Shown: positions 39,950 through 58,900 of the stretch, piece after piece
Layout of the letters: the number at the start of each line of letters is the position of its first letter
Numbering within the stretch: position 1 is the first letter of the stretch
Assembly (NCBI GenBank): GCA_963707215.1
Contig: CAVPPB010000002.1
Location: 1 to 64,000 of the forward strand
Length of the DNA stretch: 64,000 bases
Reading direction: 5' to 3'
Source: an uncultured Chloroflexia bacterium
Lineage (GTDB): Bacteria > Chloroflexota > Limnocylindria > Limnocylindrales > CSP1-4
Notes under the pieces: model-generated
The model's input: only the letters and a program-made list of their open reading frames with translations
Told to the model about the DNA's origin: nothing
The model's database searches: none
Made by a program: the position numbers and the translations under genes

Positions 39950-40714
39950 ATGCCCGCCGTCCGCATCGTCGACGTCATCGACGAGGCCTCGTTCGACCTG
40001 GTCCCGCCCTGTGCCGACGCCGGCTTCGACCACCGGACCTGTGACCACTGGGAGGACGCCGACCGGGGCTCCAAGGCCGCCCGCGCTGCCTGGCTCGAGC
40101 CGAGCGCGACACCGCCCGTCGCGCCCGCGACCCGGCCGTCCAACCCGTTCCTGGCCGACCTCGAGGATGCTGCGCCGAACCCGTTCGCCCCGGCGGGCGC
40201 GGCGCCCTCGAACCCCTTCGCTCCCTCGGGCGATGCCCTCGACGACAACCCGTTCGCGCCGCGACGGCCGACGGGGCCGAAGCTGGATCGCGACGCCCCG
40301 CGCAAGCTTCGGCTGCTCACCCGGGGGCTCGCGGTCTTCGGCAGCTACGCCAAGGTCCTGCTCCTCGACGACGAGCCCGTCGCCTATGCCCAGTTCGGGC
40401 CGCTGTCGGCGTACCCGCGGGCCCTGCACCTACGCGAGCTGTACCCGCAGCTGCCCGAGGCACCCCTGCCGGCGGTCATCACCTGCATCGCGACCACCGC
40501 CGGGACCCGGGGGGAGGGCCACGGCACACGACTCGTCGAGGCCGTTTGCGGCGATCTCGAGGGGCGCGGCTTCAGCGCCGTCGAGGCCTACCCGGAGGTC
40601 GGCGCTCTGGCCGATGCCACGAGTGCAGCCACGGTGGCCTTCTGGCTGGCCTGTGGGTTCGCCGTCGCCGTCGACGACCAGCGATTCCCGGTGGTCCGCC
40701 GCGAGCTCGGCTGA
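39950..40714 (+). CDS. GNAT-fold protein with an NPF-repeat insertion
   Basis: C-x9-[39 protein letters not shown]. Confidence 0.75.
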   Translation: MPAVRIVDVIDEASFDLVPPCADAGFDHRTCDHWEDADRGSKAARAAWLEPSATPPVAPATRPSNPFLADLEDAAPNPFAPAGAAPSNPFAPSGDALDDNPFAPRRPTGPKLDRDAPRKLRLLTRGLAVFGSYAKVLLLDDEPVAYAQFGPLSAYPRALHLRELYPQLPEAPLPAVITCIATTAGTRGEGHGTRLVEAVCGDLEGRGFSAVEAYPEVGALADATSAATVAFWLACGFAVAVDDQRFPVVRRELG

Positions 40715-40814
40715 GCCGATCGCCCTGGCGTACCAAGCCGACCGCCCGAGGCTCTCGAGGGGTGACGGGCGCGATGCCGCGGAGCACACTGGAGCCCCGA
40801 GCCGGAGGACGACG

Positions 40815-42525
<1,711 letters not shown>

Positions 42526-42754
42526 TCCGGGCGACCCGATCGCCCCGCCGTGGTGCGTCGGCGCACCGCTCCTGCGGTCCCGGTCGCCCGGCGCCTCGAT
42601 CCGCGGTCCGAACCGTGGTCACGAGGCTTCACCGGCGCTTATCCCGGCGTTACTCTGGCGTAGGCCGAGCGGGCCGAGCCTGATCCCGGGCGGGCTGCCG
42701 GACGATTCGGTGGCCGCCGCGCCCGCTGCGCCGATGCGTCCGGAGGTGTCCACC

Positions 42755-46103
<3,349 letters not shown>

Positions 46104-46126
46104 CAGACCGGCTGACGACCGCGATC

Positions 46127-46156
46127 AAGGCCGCTGGGCATCAGCCCAGCGGCCTT
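46127..46156. terminator. Hairpin between convergent genes, probable bidirectional terminator
   Basis: AAGGCCGCTGGGC-ATCA-GCCCAGCGGCCTT, perfect 13-bp stem. Confidence 0.75.
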
Positions 46157-46160
46157 CCGT

Positions 46161-47582
46161 CTAGGGCTCGGGCTCGTCGGTCTCGACGAGCACCGGCTCT
46201 GCCGGGCCGAGCGGGGTCGCGATGGGCTCGGGCGGCTCGAGCTCGCGGGGCCCGTGCCCCGGCGGCGCCGCTCCACCCGGTCCGCTCGGCTCGCCGACGT
46301 CCTCGGGCCCGCGCGGCATCTCGCGGATCGTCCGGACGGGTGTGAGCACCAGCGGCAGGATGGCGAAGCTGGCGCCGATCCCGCCGAGGAGGATGACCGG
46401 TCGCAGGCCGACCCCGGCGTCGGTCAGGCCCTGGGCGATGAGGCCGCCGACGATCTGCCCGATCGGGATCGTGCCCCACACGATGAAGCGCATCGTCGCG
46501 TTCATCCGGCCCTGGAGCCGTTCCGGGGTGATCGCCTGGCGGAAGCTCACCTGGTTGACGTTGTAGACGACCGACGAGAAGCCGGTGAGCATGCCCGAGG
46601 CGACCAGGAACGGGAACGCCACGTCCGCCGGCGCGAGGGCGACGAGGAAGAGGGCCGGTGCGCTGACGGCCATGGAGACCACGATCGCGGGACCGACGCC
46701 GAGGCGACGCGAGAACCGGCCGGCCGTCAGGGCCCCGACGATGGCCCCGATGTTGCCGAGGCCGAAGGCTACGCCGATGGCGCCGGCTCCCAAGCCGAGC
46801 TCGCGGACCAGGAAGACCAGGAGCGTCGCGAACCCGATGCTGGTGAAGAGGTTGGAGATCCCGGTCGAGGCTGCGATGCCGCGCAGGTAGCGGTTGCCGA
46901 GCACGTAGCGCAGGCCGGCCGCCACCTCCGAGCGCATGCTGCCCCGCGGGCGACCGTGCTCGTCGGTGTGGCGGTCCGGGGTCGGTTCCTCGCGGCGGAT
47001 CAGCAGGACGAAGATGCCGGACCAGGCGAAGCTGACCGCATCGAGGAGGATGGCCAGCGGCGCCCGCAGCACCTGGATGATCACGCCGGCGATCGCGGGG
47101 CCGGCCGCCTGGGCGACCGTCCGGCTGATCTCGAGCTTCGAGTTGGCCTCCACGAGCTGGTCCCGGTCGACGAGCGAGGGGACGTAGGCCTGGTACGAGA
47201 TGTCGAAGAGGACGGTCAGGGTGCCGACCAAGAACCCGACGACGTAGAGCTGCCAGATCGTCAGCCCACCGAGGGCGAAGGCCACCGGGATCGAGCCCAG
47301 GGCGAGGGCCCGGCCGACGTCGCCGGCGATGAGGATCGGGCGTCGGCGGAGGCGGTCGATCCAGGCCCCGGCCGGCAGGCTGAAGAGGATGAAGGGGAGG
47401 AACTCGATCGTGCTCAGGAGCGCCACCTCGAACGGTGACGCCTCGAGGATGTTGATGGCGACCAGAGGCAGGGCCAGCAGGCTGATCTGCGAGCCGAACT
47501 GGCTGATCGTCTCGGCCGACCAGAACTTCAGGAAGTCGGCGTGGCGCCAGAGGCTGCGGGTCGGGGCCGGGACACCGGACAT
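46161..47582 (-). CDS. MFS transporter (MFS_3 type)
   Basis: LWRHADFLKFWSAETISQFG, GAWIDRLRRRPILIAGD, RQAITPERLQGRMNATMR. Confidence 0.9.
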   Translation of the reverse strand: MSGVPAPTRSLWRHADFLKFWSAETISQFGSQISLLALPLVAINILEASPFEVALLSTIEFLPFILFSLPAGAWIDRLRRRPILIAGDVGRALALGSIPVAFALGGLTIWQLYVVGFLVGTLTVLFDISYQAYVPSLVDRDQLVEANSKLEISRTVAQAAGPAIAGVIIQVLRAPLAILLDAVSFAWSGIFVLLIRREEPTPDRHTDEHGRPRGSMRSEVAAGLRYVLGNRYLRGIAASTGISNLFTSIGFATLLVFLVRELGLGAGAIGVAFGLGNIGAIVGALTAGRFSRRLGVGPAIVVSMAVSAPALFLVALAPADVAFPFLVASGMLTGFSSVVYNVNQVSFRQAITPERLQGRMNATMRFIVWGTIPIGQIVGGLIAQGLTDAGVGLRPVILLGGIGASFAILPLVLTPVRTIREMPRGPEDVGEPSGPGGAAPPGHGPRELEPPEPIATPLGPAEPVLVETDEPEP

Positions 47583-47763
47583 GGTCACGGGAGCTCCGCG
47601 AGGGCCAGCGGCGGCGGCGTCGGGCGTCGTCGGTGACCCGGCGGAGTCTAGCGCGGGGGAAGTCCAGCCCGCCGGGGGGCGCTGACAGGAGCGGGAGGCG
47701 ACGCGCCGTGAACCCGCGCCGGATGCCACCCCCGGGACCCATCGACCTGTCACGATATGGACG

Positions 47764-48744
47764 ATGGCCGCCGGGCTCGTCGAATTGGTCCCCAACGTTT
47801 CCGAGGGTCGTCGCCTCGAGGTGATCGACCTGCTTGCCGCTGCGGTGCGGGCGCTGCCCGGTGCCCGGCTGCTCGACCGGACCAGCGACGCGTCGCACAA
47901 CCGAAGCGTCCTGACGATGGCGGGTGAAGCTCCGGCCGTGTGCGATGCGCTCGAGGAGATGGTGGCTGTCGCCCTCCGCGAGATCGACATGGAACGCCAG
48001 GAGGGTGAGCATCCCCGGATCGGCGCGGTCGACGTGATCCCGTTCGTGCCGCTCGGGGACACGACGATGGCCGAAGCGGTGGACGTCGCCCGAACCTTCG
48101 GTCAGCGCCTGGCCGAGCGGTTCGACCTGCCGGTCTACTTCTACGCCGAGGCGGCGGGCCGGTCCGACCGGGTCCGCCTCGCCGACGTCCGCCGCGGCCA
48201 GTACGAGGGCCTCAAGAGCGAGATCGCGACCCGCGGTCGCGAGCCCGACGCGGGCCCGTCGCGGATGCATCCGACCGGCGGAGCGGTCGCGGTCGGGGCC
48301 CGTCCCTTCCTCATCGCCTGGAACATCGACCTCGGGACGGACGACGTCGAGGTCGCCAAGCGGATCGCCCGGCGGGTCCGCGAGTCCGGCGGTGGCTTGC
48401 CCAGGGTCCAGGCGAGCGGCTTCTGGATCGCCGAGCGCGGCCGGGCGCAGGTGTCGATGAACCTGCTCGACGTCGGGGTCACCCCGATGTGGCTCGTCTG
48501 GGACGAGGTCGCCGACCTGGCGGCCACCGAGGGGCGTCGAGCCGGTCGCCTCCGAGCTCATCGGCCTGGCGCCCCTCCGGGCGTTCCTCGACACGGCCGA
48601 TCGCGCCGGCGCGGCCACGGACGCTCCGATCGAGGCCCGCTTCGCGGCCGCGGCCAGCTACCTCAGGCTCATGGACGCCGACCCCGGCATGGCCCTCGAG
48701 CTGCGCCTGGCCGCCGCCCCCGACGACGACGCCCCACGCGACCG

Positions 48745-48748
<4 letters not shown>
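47764..48748 (+). CDS. ftcD: Glutamate formimidoyltransferase (frameshift near 48535)
   Basis: LVELVPNVSEGR, DASHNRSV, GEHPRIGAVDVIPFVP, RRGQYEG, GARPFLIAWN, AQVSMNL, SELIGL. Confidence 0.92.
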
Positions 48749-50110
<1,362 letters not shown>

Positions 50111-50116
50111 CCCGAC

Positions 50117-50792
50117 CTAGGGCTGTCGGCCGCGCTGCTCCAGGAGGACCGTCGTCGTCTCGGACGGGAGGCCGCTGGAGGTGACCGAGAGCCGGGCCTG
50201 GGCCTGGGGCTCGGCGCCCATCTCGTGGAGGAACCGGCGGAGCGCCTCGTCGCAGGGAGCGCCCTCCGGGCAGACGGGCATCGGCACGACGATCCGCGGG
50301 TCGAGCTGGGCGACGAGCTCGGCGACCTTGGTCGCCGACATGGCGCCGCCGATCGGGACGCAGACGACGTCCACCTCACCGAGCTCCGACAGGCGCTCCT
50401 GTGGCAGCAGGTGCCCGATGTCGCCGAGGTGGATGGTGTGGATCCCGTCGAGCTCGATGCTGAAGGCCGTCTGCCGGCCGCGCTCCTCGCCGCGGCGGTC
50501 GTCGCGGAACGTCCGCACCCCGGTGATCAGGACGTGCCTGACCTCGTACTCGCCGGGTCCGTCGAGGACGAAGGCCTCGTCGAGGCTGGTCGGCAGGTAG
50601 GTCCCCCCGTCCCGCGACCGCCGGCCCTTCGGTTTGGGCCAGCGGCTCGTCGTCCGGGTGGCTGATGGTGACGACGTCCCCGGTGATGCCTCGGCCCGTC
50701 GGCCCGACGATCGCCGGATAGGGGTCGGTGACGACGACGGCGTCCTTGCCGCGGAGGCGGATGCAGGTCCGCCCGTACCAGGTCAGCTCCAT
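50117..50792 (-). CDS. MBL-fold metallo-hydrolase (Lactamase_B_3-like), frameshifted
   Basis: MELTWYGRTCIRL, VVTDPY, VTISHP, GPGEYEV (reconstructed), HLGDIG, VPIGG, PRIVVPM. Confidence 0.85.
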
Positions 50793-50811
50793 GGCCGGAT
50801 TCTGACAGGAG

Positions 50812-50888
50812 ACGAGAAGACCGGAGGCGCCTGCCCATCGGCGCCCCCGGTCGGAGGGAGGGAGGATGGAACCGTTAGGTTCGTCCGT
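50812..50888 (-). ncRNA. Candidate ~75-nt sRNA with an anti-Shine-Dalgarno tract and terminator
   Basis: -10-like TACCGT (50894-50899), hairpin GAACC-UAAC-GGUUC, single-stranded CAUCCUCCCUCCCUCC, 13-bp stem (G-U wobble only on the minus strand) followed by UUCUC. Confidence 0.5.
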
Positions 50889-51145
50889 CACGAACGGTAG
50901 GCGACCGTGGGTTCAACCACGAGCGGGCAGATGGTTAAGAAACGCACATTCGGTGTCGCGGATGGACGGCCGCCCGCCACGCATCGGCCGCGCCCTGCGT
51001 CCCGGGATGACCCGCACGGCGGCAGGACGTTCGTCCCGCATGCATCCCGCGGCCACTCATGCGAGCATCGCCCCGTGATCATCCATCGACGCCCCCGAAA
51101 CGCCTCCGGCCGCCGGGTACCGGGCTCCGGCCGCTCGACTCCGCC

Positions 51146-52427
51146 GTGTCGGCGCGCCTCCTCGCCGTCCTGTTCGCCGGCACCCTCGTGCTGGCCGCCT
51201 GCGGCTCCGGAGCCACGCCGGCTCCGGCCACCACGGCCCCCGACTCGCCGTCGCCGAGCGCCGCCGCTCCGTCGGCGCCGGCTCGACGCGACCGAGATCG
51301 AAGGCCGCTGACGGCTGAGATCGCCGAGCCAGGTCGCCGAGATCCGCGAGCTCGAGCTCCAGGAGCCGATCGAGGTCGAGGTCCTCGATGAGGCCGGGCT
51401 CGTGGCCTTCGTCGAGGCGCAGTTCGCCGAGGAGAACCCGGCCGAGTACGTCGCCGCCTACGACCGCCTGCTCACCCGCCTGGGCCTCTTCCCGGCCGAG
51501 GACGAGCTCGCCGACACCTACATCGAGCTCCTCGGCTCGCAGGTGCTGGGGCTCTACGACGACGAGACCCGCAAGCTGTACGTCGTCGCTCGCGAGGGCG
51601 GCCTCGGCGGCACCGAGAAGGTCACCCTGGCCCACGAGATCGACCACGCCCTCCAGGACCAGCACTTCACGCTTCGCACCGTCGTCCCGGAGGGCCGTGA
51701 CCAGGGCGACCAGGCGCTCGGCGCGCTCTCGCTGATCGAGGGTGACGCCACCCTGGTGATGACCATCTGGGCGAGCACGAACCTGACCCCCCAGGAGGCG
51801 CTCGAGCTCATCGAGGACGCCCAGGACCCGGAGCAGGCCGCCGTCCTGGCGGAGGCCCCGCCCATCTTGCGGGACGGGCTCGTGTTCCCCTACGAAGCGG
51901 GCCTGTCGCTGGCCCTGGGTCTTCGCTCCGACGGGGGCTGGGGCGCCGTGGACGCCGCCTACGACCGTCCCCCGGCCTCCACCGAGCAGGTGATCCACCC
52001 GGAGAAGTACGCGTCGCACGAGCAGCCCGATCGCGGTCGATCTGCCGTCCGACCTGGCGATCGGATCGGCGCCGGCTGGTCCGTGCCGCTCAGGACACCT
52101 TCGGCGAGTTCTCAGCCGCGGATCTGGCTCCAGACCGCTGGCGACCGCGAGCCCGATGTGATCGCCGGATACCACGGCCGAGGGCTGGGGCGGTGACGGA
52201 TCGGCTACCTGACGGGTCCGAACGGGGCCGAGGCGGTCGTGATGCGGACGACCTGGGACGACCCGGCCGCCGCCGACCGCTTCCAGGACGCCGCCTCGCG
52301 TGTCGTCGCCGATGTCCGCCGGACCGGCACCCGTTCCGGGTATCCGATCGCGAGATCCTCGTCATCGTGGCCAGCGATGGCGCCGTGCTCGATGCAGCGG
52401 TCGCCGCCTTCGAGTCTGCCCCTCTGA
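51146..52427 (+). CDS. Lipoprotein with zincin-like HExxH motif (frameshifted)
   Basis: Lipobox LVLAAC; VLGLYDDETRKLYVV, LAHEIDHALQDQHF, LIEGDA, FPYEAG, PPASTEQVIHPEKY. Confidence 0.8.
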
Positions 52428-52433
52428 TCGGGG

Positions 52434-54128
52434 CTACATCACTTCGGGTGCCGAGATCCCCAGCAGGGTCAGCGATCGGGCGATGGTCAGCTGCGGGCGC
52501 CCGGAACAGCGCGAGGCGTCGCGACGATCGCTCTGGCTCATCGGGATCGACGACTCGGGCGTCACGGTAGTAGGCGTGGAAGGCCGTCGCCAGCTCGGTC
52601 GCGTAGGCCGTGATGCCGTGGGTCTCCTCGGCCGCCGCGGCGTCCTCGACGACCTCGGGGAAGCGCAGCATCTCGCGGATCAGCGCGGCCTCGGGCCCGC
52701 CGTCGAGGCCCCCGGCCATCGAGGAAGCCGGCTGGATGCCGACTTCGGCCGGCCTTGCGCACGATCGAGGCGATCCGGGCGTGGGCGTACTGGACGTAGT
52801 AGACGGGGTTCTCGTTCGACTGCTTCTTGGCCAGCTCGATGTCGAAGTCGATGCCCGATGTCGCCGCCCGTGAACCGAAGAACCAGCGGGCCGCGTCGAC
52901 CCCGACCTCGGCCAGCAGCTCGTCGAGGGTGATGAAGGTGCCGGCCCGCTTGCTCATCGAGATCTCCTCGCCGTCGCGGACGAAACGAACCCAGGCCGTC
53001 AGCAGCATCCGGACCGCTGCCTTGTCGTAGCCCATGGCCTGGGCGGCGTTGCGCACCCGAGCGACGGTCCCGTGGTGGTCGGCGCCCCAGATGTAGATCA
53101 GCTCGTCGAAACCGCGGCTGAACTTCTCGACGACGTAGCCGATGTCGGCAGCGAAGTAGGTCGGTTCGCCATTCGAGCGCAGGATCACCCGGTCCTTGTC
53201 GTCGCCGAACACGGTCGAGCGGAACCAGAGCGCGCCGTCCCGCTCGTATGTGTGGCCGCTCGCGGTCAACCGTTCGATCGCCCGCTCGACCCAGCCGTCG
53301 CGATGCAGCGAGCTCTCGCTCTTCCAGACGTCGAAGTGGACACCCAGGTGCTCGAGGCTCGCTTCGATGCCGGACCGCACGCTGCTCCGACGCCCAGACG
53401 CCGAGGATCCAGGCCGCGTCGCTCGGCTGCGGCGCCTCGTGCGCCGACGGCTCGGGCGGGATGGCCGGCGCAGGTCTGGACGTAGTCACCGTGGTAGCCG
53501 TCCTCGGGCAGCTCGGTGCCCTCGCGGATCGCGAGCACGGACAGGCCGAGGTTGCGCACCTGGGTGCCGAAGTCGTTGAAGTAGTACTCGCGGGTGACGC
53601 GATGGCCGCCGGCCTCGAGGACGCGTCCAGGAGGTCGCCGACGAACGCTCCACGAGCGTTGCCGATGTGGAGCGGGCCAGTCGGGTTGGCCGACACGAAC
53701 TCGACGTTGACGTGGCGCGGCTCGGGTCGCCGCGACCCGCCCCCAGTCATCCGGGCGGCGGAGGAGCTGATCGACCGTGCCGGCCAGCGCCCCGTCCGAG
53801 AGGCGGAGATTGACGAACCCCGGCGGGGCGACCTCGACCGAGGCGACCGGAGAGGTCGGACGCCCGCGCGGGCCACCAGGGCGTCCGCCAGGGCCTGGGC
53901 GATCTCGAGCGGGGCACGCCGGTACGGGCGGGCGAGCTTCAGGGCGAGGTTGGTGGCGAGATCGCCGTGCTCGGGGCTCGCCGGTCGCTCCACCTCGATG
54001 GGTGGCCGCTCGGTGTCAGACCCCGGATCGGGAAGGGCGCCGGCCGCGACTGCATCCCTCCAGGCGTCCTCGATCCCGACCCGGACGCGGGCACGCAGCG
54101 AGAGGATGGGCTGTCCGGCGTCGGGCAC
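52434..54128 (-). CDS. argS: Arginyl-tRNA synthetase (frameshifted)
   Basis: [61 protein letters not shown]-terminus LGISAPEVM. Confidence 0.96.
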
Positions 54129-54354
54129 TCGGGTCTCCTGGGGCAGGTTCTTGCTGGTCGATCTCAGGGTGGTAGCGCCATGGTAGCGAGCGGCCGAAGG
54201 ATCCCGCGGCGTGGGCGGAACGGTGCGGCTGCGCACCACAAGGTGCGGTCCGGGACGGTGGCCCACGCTCGGTGCCCACCTGGAGGGGTCCGCTCGGGTC
54301 TGGACGCGTCCGTGACGGCGGGCGAGGATTGGAGGCCCGAGTGGAGGTGGACAC

Positions 54355-55638
<1,284 letters not shown>

Positions 55639-55987
55639 ATCCGTCGCCTGCGAGTCGGCGACCCCCGATCAGGACGGACGTACCAGGACCGTCGGTGCCC
55701 TTGCGCACCGGAATCCCCGCCGAGCAAGGGACAGGGTAGGGGAGGTAGGGGCGGTTCCCTACTGGTCCGGTGCGGACCTGAGCAGTACCATCCGCGGTCC
55801 GCTCGGCCTAGCATCGGTCCTGCGGTACCAGTCCCGGGCATGACCCGGGTCGTGGTCGTCGGTCTCGGGGGCCGGCCATGTGATCCGTCCCCCCTGAAGG
55901 AATCGTCGGCGTCGTATGACGCTCGCACATCGTGAGGTCGGTCGAAATCGACAGACCCGGTCTCGGGGACTCGGGAGGGCAGATCGA

Positions 55988-58900
55988 ATGTCAGGCGGTC
56001 TCTGGCGCTACATGAGCGCGCGGACCCGGCGAAGCGTCGTCTTCGTCTGGAGCGCGCTCTTCGTGTTCTCGTTGGGGTTGCAGTACCTCAACCTCGCATC
56101 GCCGGCGAGCGTGCTCGCCGTGCACGACGAGGGCCTGTTCGAGCTCGATGGCGATGCCACGAACAGTGGGTCGCCCGGAGACGACTGGGACCTCGTCTAC
56201 AACGGCACTTCGAGTGCCGACGACACGTTCTTCGTCAACGATCCGGTCGATGACCAGAACGATGATTCGTTCACGGGCGGGTCCACGAAGGACGACCTGC
56301 CGATCAGCGGTTGGCTCTGGAAGGAGGCCAAGGCCAGCCAGGCGAAGAACGACATCGTCAACGCCTTCGCCGCCGCGTACACCCAGGGCGGCAACACCTA
56401 CGCCTACTTCGGCCTCACCAAGTGGGAGGCCAGCGGCGACAATTTCGTCGGCTTCTGGTTCCTGAAGAACGCCATCGGCAAGTCCGGAGCGGGTACGCCC
56501 CCCGGCTCCCCGTTCAGCGGGAACCACAGCGTCGGTGACGTCCTTGTTCTCGCCAACTACACCAACGGCGGTGCCATCGCCGACTTCGAGATCTTCGAGT
56601 GGGTCGGCTCCGGCGGTTCCGTGAACGGGACGCTGAACCTCATCGATTTGGGCGTCCCCTGCGACCTGCCCGGCGCCGACGAGGCCTGCGGAACGACCAA
56701 TGCCGACTACGAAACGGCGCCGTGGCCGTTCCAGGGCCGCAACGAGGCCGCAGGGCAGTTCCCGCCCGGCACGTTCTTCGAGGGTGGCATCAACCTGACC
56801 GCCCTGGGCCTCGACGATGCGTGCTTCACCGGCATCGTCGCCGAGACGCGCTCGTCGCAGTCGGTGGACGCCACCCTGTCCGACTTCGCGCTCGGCAACT
56901 TCAACACCTGTCAGCCGCCGACCATCGAGACCCAGGTCATCGACGATCAGGGTGCCTCGCTCGGCTCGCTCGGCACGATCAACGTCGGCGAGACGGTCTC
57001 CGATCGGGTCACCGTCGGCGGCCCGCTGGGGCTGGCCAGTGGCACGGTCGACTTCTTCCTCTGCGGCCCCGCCCAGAGCGTGCCTGACTGTTCGACCGGA
57101 GGCACGGCGGCCGGCTCGAGCGTTCTCGCTGGCGGGCAGGGTGTCTCCAGCCCGTTCACGGCCGACTCGCCCTCCGATGTCGGGTTCTACTGCTACCGCG
57201 CCGAGTACACGCCGGCGCAGGGCAGCAAGTACCTCGCCGGGTCCCACACCAACCAGACCACCGAGTGCTTCCAGGTCATCCCGGCCCAGGTCACGATCCT
57301 CAAGACCGCCGGGTCAAGCCCGGTGAACGCCGGTGACGACATCAGCTTCACGCTCTCGTGGGGCAACAGCGGCCCGGGAACCGCGACAGGCGTCGTCGTC
57401 ACCGACACGCTGCCGACGACCGGCGGCCTGGACTGGACGATCGACGGCTTCACCGGCACCGGCAGCACCTGCTCGATCGTCGACAACGTCCTGAGCTGCA
57501 ACGTCGGGACGATCCCCGGCAACACCGCGGAGAGCGGGACGGTCACGGTCTCCTCCGCCACCAGCCCCGATGCCTGCGGGATCGTCGACAACACCGGCGA
57601 GATCACCTCCCTGAACGACGGCACCGCCCAGTCCAGTGCGCAGATCACCGTCAACTGCCCGGACGTGACGGTCACCAAGACCGCCGAGACGACGCCGGTC
57701 AACGCCGGTGACGAGATCGCCTTCGCCATCGAGGTCGAGAACCTCGGCCCGGGCGTCGCCTACGGGGTGACCCTCAGCGACACGCTCCCGGGTGGCTTCA
57801 CCTGGAGCGAGGACAGCGACGACTGCGAGATCGCGGCCGGCGTCCTGTCCTGCGACTTCGGCGACCTTGCCGCCGGTGAGACGCGGACGGTCACCGTCAG
57901 CGCCTCCACCGACGCCGAGGACTGCGCGACGATCCCGAACACGGCGACCGTCGCCGCCACCAACGAGCCGAGCTCGGCTACCGGCAACAACAGCGACAAC
58001 GACGCCATCGTCGTGAACTGCCCGGACGTCACGGTCACCAAGACCGCCGACGAGGGCCCGTTCAGCGCCGGTGACGAGATCGGCTTCACGGTCACCATCA
58101 GCAACATCGGCGCGGGCACGGCGTACACCGCGTTCGCCGCTGACCCGCTGCCCGGCAGCGGCTGGAGCATCGAGTCCCAGGACGGCGGCTGGACCCTCGT
58201 CGGGGACATGCTCGAATTCGGCCCGCAGGATCTCATCGCGGGCGCCAGCTCGTCGGTCCACGTCGTTCGCGACACGACCGCCGAGGACTGTGGCCTCGTC
58301 GAGAACACCGTCCAGGTCACCGCCGGCAACGAGCCGGTGGCTGCCCAGGGCAACAACAGCGCCAACGACTCGCTCACCGTCAACTGCCCGGACGTGACGG
58401 TCACCAAGACCGCCGAGACGACGCCGGTCAACGCCGGTGACGAGATCGCCTTCGCCATCGAGGTCGAGAACCTCGGCCCGGGCGTCGCCTACGGGGTGAC
58501 CCTCAGCGACACGCTCCCGGGTGGCTTCACCTGGAGCGAGGACAGCGACGACTGCGAGATCGCGGCCGGCGTCCTGTCCTGCGACTTCGGCGACCTTGCC
58601 GCCGGTGAGACGCGGACGGTCACCGTCAGCGCCTCCACCGACGCCGAGGACTGCGCGACGATCCCGAACACGGCGACCGTCGCCGCCACCAACGAGCCGA
58701 GCTCGGCTACCGGCAACAACAGCGACAACGACGCCATCGTCGTGAACTGCCCGGACGTCACGGTCACCAAGACCGCCGACGAGGGCCCGTTCAGCGCCGG
58801 TGACGAGATCGGCTTCACGGTCACCATCAGCAACATCGGCGCGGGCACGGCGTACACCGCGTTCGCCGCTGACCCGCTGCCCGGCAGCGGCTGGAGCATC

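Noticed and set aside
50890-50960. 6S RNA (GGGTTCAA...ACGCACATTCGG resembles its 3' half)
   Set aside because: No complementary other half to form the long rod structure
54129-54354. T-box leader upstream of argS
   Set aside because: No AAGGGTGGNACC-like T-box or terminator/antiterminator seen
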